In this document: positions 11,286 through 21,289 of the stretch, one piece after another
How the letters are laid out: every line of letters begins with the position of its first letter
How positions within the stretch are numbered: position 1 is the first letter of the stretch
DNA from: Vulcanimicrobiota bacterium
GTDB taxonomy: Bacteria > Vulcanimicrobiota > Vulcanimicrobiia > Vulcanimicrobiales > Vulcanimicrobiaceae
Assembly: GCA_963833095.1 (NCBI GenBank)
Contig: CAWHWQ010000005.1
Span: forward strand, 256,001-320,000
Direction: 5' to 3'
Length of the DNA stretch: 64,000 nt
The notes under the pieces: model-generated
The model's database searches: none
Seen by the model: only the letters and a program-made list of their open reading frames with translations
Told to the model about the DNA's origin: nothing
Program-made: the position numbers and the translations under genes

Positions 11286-11876
11286 TGCAGGCGTCGAGCG
11301 CCAGGTTGAGCTCGAGCACGTTGACACGGGGCTCGCCGAGAAACCCGAAGGTGCGCGACTCAACCAGGCGTGCAATCAACGCGTTCACGGTCGCGACTGG
11401 AATGTTGCGCGCCTTGGCGACCCGCGGGGCCTGATAGTATGCGCCCTCGGGCCTGATGTCGGGATCGATGCCGCTCGCGCTCGAGGTCACGAGGTCCATC
11501 GGAACGGCACCGTTTGCGTCGGGGTTGGCCTTCTTCAGCGCGGCGATCGTCGCTTTGGTCGCGTCGATCAGCTTCTTCGATGTCGGCCCGAGGTTGGGCC
11601 GCCGGTCGAGGTCGGATCGTAGCCTCTTCCCGGCGGCCGACGGCCGGCCCTGGAAGTACTGCGGTTTCGTCCAGAGTTGGCCGATGATCGCTGAGCCGAC
11701 TGACTTTCCCGTTGACGTGACCAACGAGCCGTTCGCCTGGTCGGGAAGAAGCTGCGCGATGCCGGTCATCACGAGCGGATAGATCGAGCCGAGCGCGATC
11801 ACGGTCACGATCGTGAAGATCACCGACGTGACGAGATGCTGAGCGTATTGTCTGTGATTTGCTATGCTTTTGCCAT
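11282..11876 (-). CDS. kdpC: K+-transporting ATPase subunit C (frameshifted at its ends)
   Basis: [37 protein letters not shown] and [15 protein letters not shown] motifs. Confidence 0.92.
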
Positions 11877-11887
11877 GATGCGTTACC

Positions 11888-13935
11888 TTACGTGAGATGG
11901 AGCGCCGCAGGATCATGTCGATGAGCTTGATGCCGATGAAGGGCACGATGATGCCGCCGACGCCGTAGATCAGCACGTTCTCCCGCAGGACCGCGTTCGC
12001 GCCGCGCGGCCGGTAGGCGACGCCGCGCAGGGCGAGCGGAATGAGCGCGATGATGATGAGCGCGTTGAAGATGACCGCCGAGAGGATCGCGCTCTGCGGC
12101 GTCGACGAGCCGCATGACGTTCAACGCGTTCATCGCCGGATAGGCGGTCGCGAACATCGCCGGGAGAATGGCGAAGTACTTCGCAACGTCGTTGGCGATC
12201 GAGAACGTCGTCAGCGCGCCGCGGGTCATCAGCAGCTGCTTGCCGATCTCGACGACCTCGATGAGCTTCGTCGGATCGGAATCGAGGTCGACCATGTTGC
12301 CGGCCTCTTTGGCCGCCTGCGTGCCGGAGTTCATCGCGACGCCGACGTCGGCTTGGGCGAGCGCCGGCGCGTCGTTCGTGCCGTCGCCGGTCATCGCGAC
12401 GAGCCGGCCCGAGGCCTGCTCGCGCTTGATGAGCGCCATCTTCGTCTCGGGCGTTGCCTCGGCGAGGAAGTCGTCGACGCCCGACTCGCCCGCGATCGCC
12501 GCCGCGGTCAGCGGATTGTCGCCGGTGATCATCACCGTGCGGATGCCCATCGCGCGCAAGCGGTCGAAGCGCACTTTCATGTTCGGCTTGAGGATGTCTT
12601 TGAGGTAGATGACGCCCAGGATTTGCGCGTTGCGCGCGAGCAGCAGCGGCGTGCCGCCGGCGCGCGCGATCCGTTCGACCTGCTGCGCAAGGCCGTCGAC
12701 AGGCTTGCCGCCTTGCTCGCGTACCCACGCCGGACCGCATCCGGTGCGCCTTTGCGGAATCTTGGCTCCGTCGGCGAGATCGAGCCCGCTCATGCGCGTG
12801 TACGCGCTGAACGGCACGAACGTCGCGCCGGCGGGCTCCGCGTCGTTGATACCGTTGGATTGCGCAAGCGTCACGATCGAGCGGCCCTCGGGCGTCTCGT
12901 CGGGCAGCGAGGGAGATAGGCGACGCTGTACGCGTCAAGCGACGCGACGCCGTCGGCGGCGATGAACTCGCTCGCTTGGCGGTTGCCGAGCGTGATCGTT
13001 CCGGTCTTGTCGAGCAGCAACGTATCGACATCGCCGGCGGCTTCGACCGCGCGGCCGCTCATCGCGAGCACGTTGCGTTGCATCACGCGGTCCATGCCGG
13101 CGATGCCGATCGCCGAGAGCAGTCCGCCGATCGTCGTCGGAATGAGACACACGAGCAGCGCGATCAGGACCGTAACGATGAGGTGTTGGCCCGCGTACAT
13201 GGAAAACGGCGAGAGTGTCGCCACGGCGATCAAGAAGATGATCGTCAAGCCGGCGAGCAGGATCGAGAGCGCGATTTCGTTGGGCGTCTTCTTCCGCGGC
13301 GCGCCCTCGACCAGGCCGATCATGCGATCGAGGAACGATTCGCCCGGGTTCGCCGTGATGCGAATGTCGATTTGATCCGAGAGCACGCGCGTACCGCCGG
13401 TGACCGCGCTGCGGTCGCCGCCGGCCTCGCGAATGACGGGCGCCGACTCGCCGGTGATCGCCGATTCGTCGACCATCGCGGCGCCATGCGACACGTCGCC
13501 GTCGCCCGGGATCAGCTCGCCGGCCGCTACGCGCACCACGTCGCCCTTGCGCAGATTGCTCGACGGGACGCTTTCGACGCCATCGCCGACGACCAGTTTG
13601 GCCAGCGTTTCGGTCCGCGTCTTGCGCAGCGCGTCGGCTTGCGCCTTGCCGCGCCCTTCGGCCACGGCTTCGGCGAAGTTTGCGAAGAGCACCGTGAACC
13701 ACAGCCAGATCGAAATCGCGAAATCGAATCCGGCCGGCCCGTGACTAGCAAGGTCGCGCACGAAGAAGAGCAGGGTGACGAGCGCGCCGACTTCGCAGAC
13801 GAACATGACCGGATTGCGAAACTGCCAGCGCGGATCGAGTTTCGTGAACGAGTCGACCACCGCTCGGCCGAGAATTTCTCCGTCGAACAGGGAGCGTGCT
13901 TTCGGGCGACGCTCGATCCGTCGTTGCGAGATCAT
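11888..13935 (-). CDS. kdpB: K+-transporting P-type ATPase subunit B (frameshifts near 12870-12930 and 12110)
   Basis: [54 protein letters not shown] and [12 protein letters not shown] motifs. Confidence 0.96.
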
Positions 13936-13936
13936 G

Positions 13937-15637
13937 TTAAAACGTTTTTCCTTGCAGATTGAGCAGATGTTCGACGATCGGTCCGAGCGCGTCGGCCGGG
14001 AAAAAGACTAGGGCTCCGACGATAAGGATCGTTCCGATCAGGAGTGCGACGAAGATCGGCGAATAGGTCGTAAACGTGCCTGCGGATTCCGCCACGGCTT
14101 TCTTTCCGGCGAGAATGCCCGCAAGAGCAAGCAGCGGCACAATTTCCGCATAACGCGAAAAGAACATATCGACACCCATCGTGAGGTTGTAGAACAAGTT
14201 GGGCCCGAGCCCGGCAAATGCGCTTCCGTTATTGCCGTTGGCGGACGAGAACGCGTACAGGATCTCGGAGAATCCATGCGGCCCCGCATTGCTCAGGGTC
14301 GCAAGACCAACCGGCGTAATCGCAGCAATAGCGGTCGGCACCAAGACCAGCACCGGTGTCACGATGATGAAGAGGATCGCGAGCTGCACTTCTTTGCGCT
14401 CGATTTTCTTGCCAAGGTATTCCGGCGTGCGGCCAACCATGAGCCCCGCAATAAACACGGTGATCACGACGAAGACCAGCTTGCCGTAGATACCGCTGCC
14501 GACACCGCCGAAGATAATCTCGCCAAGCTGCATGTTTACCATCGGAATGAGGCCACCCAGCGCCGTAAACGAGTCGTGCATGGCGTTGACCGCACCGCAC
14601 GACGTCGCCGTCGTCGACACGGCCCAGAGCGCGGAGGCCACGATGCCGAATCGCACCTCCTTGCCCTCCATGTTTCCGCCGAGCACGCCGAGCTGATGGA
14701 TGAGTGGATTTCCCGCAGCTTCGGCCCAGTAGGCGATCCACACTCCGCCGACCCACATGATCGACATCGCGACGAACAGCGCCCAGCCTTGACGTTGATC
14801 CTTGACCATCCGCCCGAACGTATACGTCAGCGCGGCGGCAATAATGATGAACAGCCACATCTCGAAGAGATCGCTCAACGGCGTGGGGTTCTCGTTCGGC
14901 GAGGACGAGTTCTGACCGACGAAGCCGCCGCCGTTGGTGCCGAGCTCTTTAATCGCTTCTTGCGAAGCCATCGGGCCGCCGGTGATCTGTTGCTTGAAGC
15001 CTTCCAGCGAGACGACGTTCTGGTAGGGGTGGAAATTCTGCGGCACACCGGTGTAGACGAGCACGAGACCCGCAACGATCGAGATCGGCAGGAGCACGTA
15101 GAGACACGCGCGTGTCAGGTCGGCCCAGAAGTTGCCCAGCGTCTTCGCACTCGTCCGCGCAAGTCCGCGAATAAAGGCGATCGCGACTGCGATGCCCAGA
15201 CCTGCGGAAATAAAGTTATGCCACGCAAGACCCATCATCTGTGAAAGGTAGCTCAGCGTGTTTTCGCCCGAATAGAACTGCCAGTTCGTGTTGGTAACGA
15301 AGCTGATCGCCGTATTGAACGCGAGATCGGGCGACATCGGACCGAAGCCTTGCGGATTGAGCGGTAGCCACTGTTGCGTGCGCAGTAAGATGTAAAGGTA
15401 CGCGAACCCGACGAAGGTGAACCCCAGCACCGCAAAGAGGTACGTATACCACGTCATCTCCGCGTTCGGGTCGATCCGGCACAGGCGATAAATCGCGTTC
15501 TCGACCGGGCCGAGGACCGGCGTAAGGAAGGTGCGCTCGCCCGCAAAGACCTTCGCCATGAATGCGCCAAGCGGCTTGACGCAGACGAGGACCAGGACAA
15601 AAAGGACAGCGATTTGCAGCCAACCGATGGCGGTCAT
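13937..15637 (-). CDS. kdpA: K+-transporting ATPase subunit A
   Basis: Intact 566 aa. [43 protein letters not shown] and NNGSAFAG motifs. Confidence 0.98.
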   Translation of the reverse strand: MTAIGWLQIAVLFVLVLVCVKPLGAFMAKVFAGERTFLTPVLGPVENAIYRLCRIDPNAEMTWYTYLFAVLGFTFVGFAYLYILLRTQQWLPLNPQGFGPMSPDLAFNTAISFVTNTNWQFYSGENTLSYLSQMMGLAWHNFISAGLGIAVAIAFIRGLARTSAKTLGNFWADLTRACLYVLLPISIVAGLVLVYTGVPQNFHPYQNVVSLEGFKQQITGGPMASQEAIKELGTNGGGFVGQNSSSPNENPTPLSDLFEMWLFIIIAAALTYTFGRMVKDQRQGWALFVAMSIMWVGGVWIAYWAEAAGNPLIHQLGVLGGNMEGKEVRFGIVASALWAVSTTATSCGAVNAMHDSFTALGGLIPMVNMQLGEIIFGGVGSGIYGKLVFVVITVFIAGLMVGRTPEYLGKKIERKEVQLAILFIIVTPVLVLVPTAIAAITPVGLATLSNAGPHGFSEILYAFSSANGNNGSAFAGLGPNLFYNLTMGVDMFFSRYAEIVPLLALAGILAGKKAVAESAGTFTTYSPIFVALLIGTILIVGALVFFPADALGPIVEHLLNLQGKTF

Positions 15638-15646
15638 GATCTGCTC

Positions 15647-15736
15647 CTAAAACTTCTCTGGGCGAAGCATCGCATACGTGCAGTATACGAGGCCGGCAAG
15701 GGTCAAGATGAGGCCGAGGATATCGTCGAATTGCAT
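15647..15736 (-). CDS. kdpF: KdpF subunit (29 aa)
   Basis: Manual translation MQFDDILGLILTLAGLVYCTYAMLRPEKF, with the YAMLRPEKF KdpF signature, immediately upstream of kdpA. Confidence 0.92.
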   Translation of the reverse strand: MQFDDILGLILTLAGLVYCTYAMLRPEKF

Positions 15737-15740
15737 GATT

Positions 15741-15824
15741 CTATACCTTGTCGCAGCCTATGACGTATCGATCCATCAGTACAAAACACACGATCGACAG
15801 AATAACGATTGCCGCTTCCAACAT
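15741..15824 (-). CDS. 27-aa single-TM micropeptide upstream of kdpF
   Basis: Manual translation MLEAAIVILSIVCFVLMDRYVIGCDKV. Its ATG overlaps the porin stop (TGATG) and its stop lies 4 nt before kdpF. Confidence 0.75.
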   Translation of the reverse strand: MLEAAIVILSIVCFVLMDRYVIGCDKV

Positions 15825-16861
15825 CAGAATTGAACTCCAAGTTCGCCGAGAAACCGCGATTGATTAAACGAGCCGCTCATGAGCGAGTACTCGCCACGCG
15901 CGAAGAACGGTCCGGGGTGATATTCAGGCGTGATCGTCCAGGTCGTCGCGCGGCTTCCCGGCCCGTAGCCGACCAGATCCGCGTTGAGCGAGGTATCCGA
16001 CGCCGCACTGTGGTTGGCAAACGACTCGAAGCGCCCACCGAGTGAATAGACACCGTTAAAGGCGTAGTTGGCGAGCACGACAGCGCCTAGCGCGCTTTCG
16101 CTATTGCTGTACCCGAGCGTAGCTGATGCGGGCGATTGGATGTAGAGCACGTACGGCTCGAGCTGCAGTTTGCCAAACTCTTGCGTGAGCATAAAATCAA
16201 ACTCACGCTTGTTAGCCACAGCGGCGGTCACGTTCGGCGGCGTATTCGCACCCGGAACGATGAACGCGAACGACCAATTCGTATTAGAAGCCGGCGCCCA
16301 TCCGGCCAGACCCTCGACGGCGCGTCCGGTATCGCCAGAGTAATAGCCGTCGTCGTACTCCAGATCGCCCGAGATCTTGCCGTTGGTGTACGCCAAACGC
16401 GCGCCGCGGCTGTAGGTCGGCTCCGCGGCCCACACGAGCCCGCGTTGAATGTTGAAATTCTGGAACGTAAAGCCGTTCTCTTGACCGAGCAGCGTCGCAA
16501 GTTGACCCGCGCTGACCGTCACGTTGCCGTTTGGAACGTACGCGAGATCGTACGCCGGCACATATCCGTAAAGCGATGTGTTCGCGCTTTGCTGCGTCGT
16601 CGGCAGCAGCGTTTGACCGACCACCGGAAACGCATAGGGGCCGACCGTCACGCTGCCTTGCAACAGGCCGGTGTTCTTCGAAAACGTCAAAAGTGCATTA
16701 CTCAAATCGGTCGTACTCTTGAAGTCGCTATAGAGCGAGAAAGCGCCATGAAGTGAATAGAGCGGCGTGGGCGTCGGACGCGCTGTCGGTACTGGACTCG
16801 GGCTGACGCTAGGTGAGGGTGAGGCAGCGACGATCGTTGCCAGAACGAGGGCCTGGAACAT
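15824..16861 (-). CDS. Putative outer-membrane beta-barrel porin (BBP2/OmpL-like) heading the kdp operon
   Basis: Signal peptide, Pro/Ser/Thr linker, amphipathic beta strands and C-terminal ...GELGVQF. Confidence 0.75.
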   Translation of the reverse strand: MFQALVLATIVAASPSPSVSPSPVPTARPTPTPLYSLHGAFSLYSDFKSTTDLSNALLTFSKNTGLLQGSVTVGPYAFPVVGQTLLPTTQQSANTSLYGYVPAYDLAYVPNGNVTVSAGQLATLLGQENGFTFQNFNIQRGLVWAAEPTYSRGARLAYTNGKISGDLEYDDGYYSGDTGRAVEGLAGWAPASNTNWSFAFIVPGANTPPNVTAAVANKREFDFMLTQEFGKLQLEPYVLYIQSPASATLGYSNSESALGAVVLANYAFNGVYSLGGRFESFANHSAASDTSLNADLVGYGPGSRATTWTITPEYHPGPFFARGEYSLMSGSFNQSRFLGELGVQF

Positions 16862-16930
16862 CGCTGGTAGCGTATCGCAGGCGAGCGGACGTGCCCAGCC
16901 TCCGAACGGATAGTCCGTTCGGATGAACCG

Positions 16931-18025
16931 TTACCGCCGCGAGCGCGCGGCTCGGGCCACGACGGGCGGCACGGTAAGCCCCGATGAGATGATCGTCGCA
17001 AGCGCGACGGCGAACGTTGCGGCGATGATCGTTTCGCGCTGCGGCACTTCGGGAGGCAACGCTATTGCCAGCGCGAGCGAAAGCGCTCCGCGCATCCCGG
17101 CGACGCGGATGACGTCGAGCCATTCACGCGGGTAGCCCGAAGGCAGCAGCAGGCCGGCGACCGCAAAACGCGCCACCAGGACGCCGGCCAACGTCGCGAT
17201 CACGAAGGCCGGGTCGCGAGCAATGATCGCGACGTTCAACGCCGCTCCGACGAGAAAGAAGACCAGCGCGTTGGCGACCAAAGCGGCCACGTCCCAGAAC
17301 CGGTTGACGTCGTCGGCGACACGCAGACTAATCCAGCGCCGCTCGAACGAGCGCAGCGCGATGCCGCAAGCAATCGTGGCAAAGATGCCCGAACACTCGA
17401 GCCGGTCGGCCGCAAAGTAAGAAACGTACGCGCACAAACCCGTTGCGATAATCTGCAACGTGTCGTTGCTGCGGTTTCGAATGGCGGCCGCCGCGAGAAA
17501 CGCAACCGCGATGCCGATCGCGATACCGCCTCCGACGCCCAGGATCGCGCCGGCGCTGATTCTCGCCACGCCGGCGGCGTCGACGGATCCGGCGAGCACC
17601 GCGACCAGCACTGCGCGGTAGAGAGCCACGGCGACTGCGTCATTGAAAAGTGACTCGCATTCGACGATTGTGCTGAGCAACGCCGGTACGCGCATGCGGC
17701 GGAAGATCGCGACCACCGCGATCGGGTCGGTCGCCGAAAGGATCGCGCCGGCGAGCAAGCCGGTGCGCAGTGGAACCCCCACGACGGCGAGGGCTCCGGC
17801 GATGAGCAGCGCCGTCAACAGCACGCCTGGAACGGCGAGCACGGCAATGGCGCGCCATGCGCGGATCATCGCGCGATAGCGGAGATTCCACGCCGCCTCA
17901 AACAACAACGCCGGCAGCAAGACGTAGAGCGTCGCATGCCCGAACGCGTAGGTTAGTCGTCCGGGTTCAATCTCGCCATAAGCGACACCGGCCAGCACCA
18001 GTACGACGATATGCCAGAGCTTCAA
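16931..18025 (-). CDS. CPA1-family Na+(K+)/H+ antiporter
   Basis: LPALLFEAA, ILSATDPIAVVAIF, ESLFNDA and GMRGALSLALA motifs. Confidence 0.9.
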   Translation of the reverse strand: MKLWHIVVLVLAGVAYGEIEPGRLTYAFGHATLYVLLPALLFEAAWNLRYRAMIRAWRAIAVLAVPGVLLTALLIAGALAVVGVPLRTGLLAGAILSATDPIAVVAIFRRMRVPALLSTIVECESLFNDAVAVALYRAVLVAVLAGSVDAAGVARISAGAILGVGGGIAIGIAVAFLAAAAIRNRSNDTLQIIATGLCAYVSYFAADRLECSGIFATIACGIALRSFERRWISLRVADDVNRFWDVAALVANALVFFLVGAALNVAIIARDPAFVIATLAGVLVARFAVAGLLLPSGYPREWLDVIRVAGMRGALSLALAIALPPEVPQRETIIAATFAVALATIISSGLTVPPVVARAARSRR

Positions 18026-19230
18026 TGGGTGTGGGTAAAGTTGCCGACGGCAACGTGCAGATGCCGAATCATTCCGATTGTGGCGCGCATGCCGATCGCG
18101 TTATGCGGGCGACCCACCGTATCGAAATACCACTCGGGATCGATGTTGAGCGTGCGCGTCTGAATCATCGCGACCGGCGTTTGCGCGAGGAACGCCTGCA
18201 TTGCGCTAACCTCGTCCTCGTCGTCGGTGACGCCCGGGTGCGTGAGGAGGTTCAGACTGACACGCAAACCGCGCCGCACGGCTAGACGGATCGATTCGAA
18301 GACGTCGTCGAGCGTATACCCGATCGGGCGATAGTACGCAGCATAGACGTGCGGGCGAAACGAATTGAGGCTGATCCTCACCGCCGCAAGGCCCGCGTCG
18401 ATGCAGCGCTCGAGCGCGCTTGGCATACTGCCGTTCGTATTCAGATTGATCGTGCCGTTCGGAAGCGCCTCGCGTATCCGTTCGGTCGCCGAGGCAATCG
18501 CGATCGAGCGCAGCAGTGGTTCGCCTTCGCACCCTTGTCCGAATGAGACGATGCCGTCCTCTACCCGTTCCAAATGATGGATCGCGATGCGCGCAAGCTC
18601 ATCGGCAGTGGTTTCATAGCTAATCCGTGTCTGTGGCGAAGGAAGACCCGCATCCGGTTCCTGCTCGGATATGCAGCCGACGCAGCGCGCATTGCATTTG
18701 GGTGAAACCGGAAGCGCCGCTTCGCCCCGCTCGAGAAACACATTCTGCGCGGTGAAGCAACCGTATTCGCGCGAGCAGAGGGCGACTTGTGCGAGCACTT
18801 GATTGCCCGGATCGAGGCGCATGCGCCGCTCGAGAATCACCTCCAGTTCGCCCGGGCCGAATGTGCGCGGCTGCCAGTCCTCGCTCTCATCGGTTCGCAT
18901 CGCGGCAACGTAGAGTTCATCATCCACCACGCAGGCGAACGTGTAGCCGAAGAGCGGCAGCGTCGGCGCGTCTTCTTCTCTGTCGTATGCGGGAACGAGC
19001 AGACGCGTATACCCTGCCGGCAGCATCACGGCAAGCGCGTAGCGCCCGCGCGTTGCTCCCCAAGTGCTGCGCGCACGGCGGCCGGGAAGGATCATCTGGA
19101 CCGTTCCGGGAGGCGCGGGAATCAATTCATCCCTGTGCGCTTCGCGAATAAGACCGCCGTCGGCCAGCGGCGTCCGCGTTTCGTCGTAATAGATGCGTCC
19201 GGCACGATCGCAATAGGCGAGACCGATCAT
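18022..19230 (-). CDS. Radical SAM protein of unknown function
   Basis: CNARCVGC (CxxxCxxC), SFGQGCEGEP and NTNG. ATG at 19230 overlaps the dapF stop (ATGA). Confidence 0.88.
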   Translation of the reverse strand: MIGLAYCDRAGRIYYDETRTPLADGGLIREAHRDELIPAPPGTVQMILPGRRARSTWGATRGRYALAVMLPAGYTRLLVPAYDREEDAPTLPLFGYTFACVVDDELYVAAMRTDESEDWQPRTFGPGELEVILERRMRLDPGNQVLAQVALCSREYGCFTAQNVFLERGEAALPVSPKCNARCVGCISEQEPDAGLPSPQTRISYETTADELARIAIHHLERVEDGIVSFGQGCEGEPLLRSIAIASATERIREALPNGTINLNTNGSMPSALERCIDAGLAAVRISLNSFRPHVYAAYYRPIGYTLDDVFESIRLAVRRGLRVSLNLLTHPGVTDDEDEVSAMQAFLAQTPVAMIQTRTLNIDPEWYFDTVGRPHNAIGMRATIGMIRHLHVAVGNFTHTH

Positions 19231-19991
19231 ATCGTCGTGTCGAAAACGTGCACCGCCGGCCCGGTCATGAACGCGTGTCCGCTTCCATCCCATTCAATCG
19301 TCAATTCACCGCCCGGAACGCGCACCGTTACCGGGCTCGAAACATCACCACGGGTGATCGCGGCGACGGCACTCGCGACCGCGCCGGTTCCGCAGGCCAT
19401 CGTCAAGCCGGCACCACGTTCGTAGTGACGCACACGCAACGCCGAAGGGCCTTCGACCTCAGCCAAGTGCACGTTGATCCCATCCGGGTACCGGCGATCG
19501 CCTTTTGTTGCTTCACCGAGCGCCCACAGGTCGAAGCTATCGATCTCCTCGCGGAACAGCACCAAGTGCCGATTTCCGGTTTCGACGATTGCACTGTTTG
19601 GCTCGCTTTCGTTCACGCTGATGACGCGCGGCCGGCCCATATTGACTCGCACGCGATACACATCGCCACGCTCGATGACGTCAGTGTGAATGATTCCGGC
19701 GAGGGTATCGACGTCGAACTGCCCACCCTCTCCCCGTTCATCGAGGTAGCGGGCCACGCAGCGTACGCCATTACCGCACATCTCGGCTTCGCTGCCGTCC
19801 GAGTTGATCACACGCATCGAGACCGGCGCGCGGTCGGACGTGCCCAACACTAGGACACCGTCGGCGCCGATTCCAGAATGGCGGTCGCACCAGCGCAACG
19901 CAAATGCGCGAACGTTGTCGACGGGTTTCGTGCGCGCATCGAGGACGATGAAGTCGTTGCGCGCTCCGTGGTACTTATTGACCGTTCTCAT
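19227..19991 (-). CDS. dapF: Diaminopimelate epimerase
   Basis: [31 protein letters not shown] and [13 protein letters not shown] motifs. Confidence 0.95.
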   Translation of the reverse strand: MRTVNKYHGARNDFIVLDARTKPVDNVRAFALRWCDRHSGIGADGVLVLGTSDRAPVSMRVINSDGSEAEMCGNGVRCVARYLDERGEGGQFDVDTLAGIIHTDVIERGDVYRVRVNMGRPRVISVNESEPNSAIVETGNRHLVLFREEIDSFDLWALGEATKGDRRYPDGINVHLAEVEGPSALRVRHYERGAGLTMACGTGAVASAVAAITRGDVSSPVTVRVPGGELTIEWDGSGHAFMTGPAVHVFDTTI

Positions 19992-20199
19992 TGAACGCGA
20001 CCGGCTCCGCGGGAGAAATCGTCGAGATCGCGTGCTTGTAAATCAAATGCGTCTTCCCCTCGTATTCCAACAGCACCGTAAAGGGGTCGAAGCCTTTGAC
20101 GGTTCCACGCAATTGAAATCCGTTCATGAGGTAAACGGTTACGGCGGTACTGCCGCGTCGGCATTCCGCGAGAAAGCCGTCTTGAAGACTGCCGGGCAT
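19975..20199 (-). CDS. hfq: RNA chaperone Hfq (74 aa)
   Basis: SLQDGFL...[19 protein letters not shown]...LIYKHAIST Sm1/Sm2 motifs, in the usual position downstream of miaA. Confidence 0.95.
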   Translation of the reverse strand: MPGSLQDGFLAECRRGSTAVTVYLMNGFQLRGTVKGFDPFTVLLEYEGKTHLIYKHAISTISPAEPVAFNENGQ

Positions 20200-20204
20200 G
20201 ACTA

Positions 20205-20381
20205 GTAAGCCTCGCCGGATATTCCGCTGTTTATGTTGCACGCATCGTGTGCGCCGGCAAGGCGCGACGAGCGGCAAAAGCAGCGCTTTGCGAGCGAGGA
20301 GCAACGATCCCGGCGCACACGACACGGCAACCCGAAGGGCTGGGCCGAAGCATAAATAGTGGAATATCGGGCGAGGCTCAC
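20205..20381. ncRNA. Candidate structured RNA or palindromic element filling the miaA-hfq intergenic region
   Basis: Outer ~30-bp stem (AGCCTCGCCGGATATTCCGCTGTTTATGTT / AGCATAAATAGTGGAATATCGGGCGAGGCT) and perfect inner stem TCGTGTGCGCCGG / CCGGCGCACACGA. Confidence 0.55.
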
Positions 20382-20392
20382 TAATTTGCTGT

Positions 20393-21289
20393 TTACGACC
20401 AACCGAGCTTTTCCCTTGCCACGCCTTCAATGAGCGCGGGCGACACCCACGTGATGCCCGGCTCGGCGCGGAACCACGAACGCTGGCGCCGCGCATAGCG
20501 CCGCGTTGCGCGCACAAGCGACGCACGTAGCTCGCTGTGCGTGTTCCATCCACGCAGGAACGCAAGCGCTTGCGGATAGCCGACGGCATTTGCCGCGAGC
20601 GCCGCCACACCGATGCGCTCGGCTTCATCGAGCAGTCCGCCGGCGAGCATCGCGTCCGCGCGGCGCTCGATGCGCTCGTCGATCGTCGCCATTGGCACGT
20701 CGAGTGCAAGCTTGACAAAGGCAATATCGGCTGAGCGCAGCGTTACTCCAGAGGCGGCATCCGGCGCTCTCTCCGGCGCAAGCGCGATCTCGAGCGCGCG
20801 CAGCACGCGATAGCCGTCGTTCGGATCGAGAGCGGCTGCGCGCCGCGGGTCGCGTGTTGCTAGCCACTCCCACAACACCGGCGCGGGGTGCGCGCGCGAC
20901 TCGCGCACGAGCCGCTCACGTAACACGTCGTCCCGTTGCGGCGCAAGCGTTACGTCGCCGGTCAACGCGCGAAGATAGAACCCTGTTCCGCCCACCACGA
21001 TTGCTCGACGCCCGCGTGCGTGGATCGCTTCGATCGCGCGAACCGCATCATGCGCGTACCGCGCAGCCGAATACCGTTCGTGTGGGTCGAGAAACGCAAT
21101 AAGATGATGCGGTGCGGCCTCCAGCTGCGCTGGGGTCGGCGCCGCGGTGCCGATCGGCATACCGCGATAGATCTGTCGCGAATCGGCGCCGACGATCTCC
21201 GCATCGAAGCGCTGCGCAAGATCGATCGCCAGATCGGTCTTTCCCGACGCCGTCGCTCCGGCGAGAACAAGAACGCCGAGCGCACGCAT
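20393..21289 (-). CDS. miaA: tRNA dimethylallyltransferase
   Basis: [30 protein letters not shown] and [12 protein letters not shown] motifs. ATG overlaps the mutL stop. Confidence 0.96.
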   Translation of the reverse strand: MRALGVLVLAGATASGKTDLAIDLAQRFDAEIVGADSRQIYRGMPIGTAAPTPAQLEAAPHHLIAFLDPHERYSAARYAHDAVRAIEAIHARGRRAIVVGGTGFYLRALTGDVTLAPQRDDVLRERLVRESRAHPAPVLWEWLATRDPRRAAALDPNDGYRVLRALEIALAPERAPDAASGVTLRSADIAFVKLALDVPMATIDERIERRADAMLAGGLLDEAERIGVAALAANAVGYPQALAFLRGWNTHSELRASLVRATRRYARRQRSWFRAEPGITWVSPALIEGVAREKLGWS

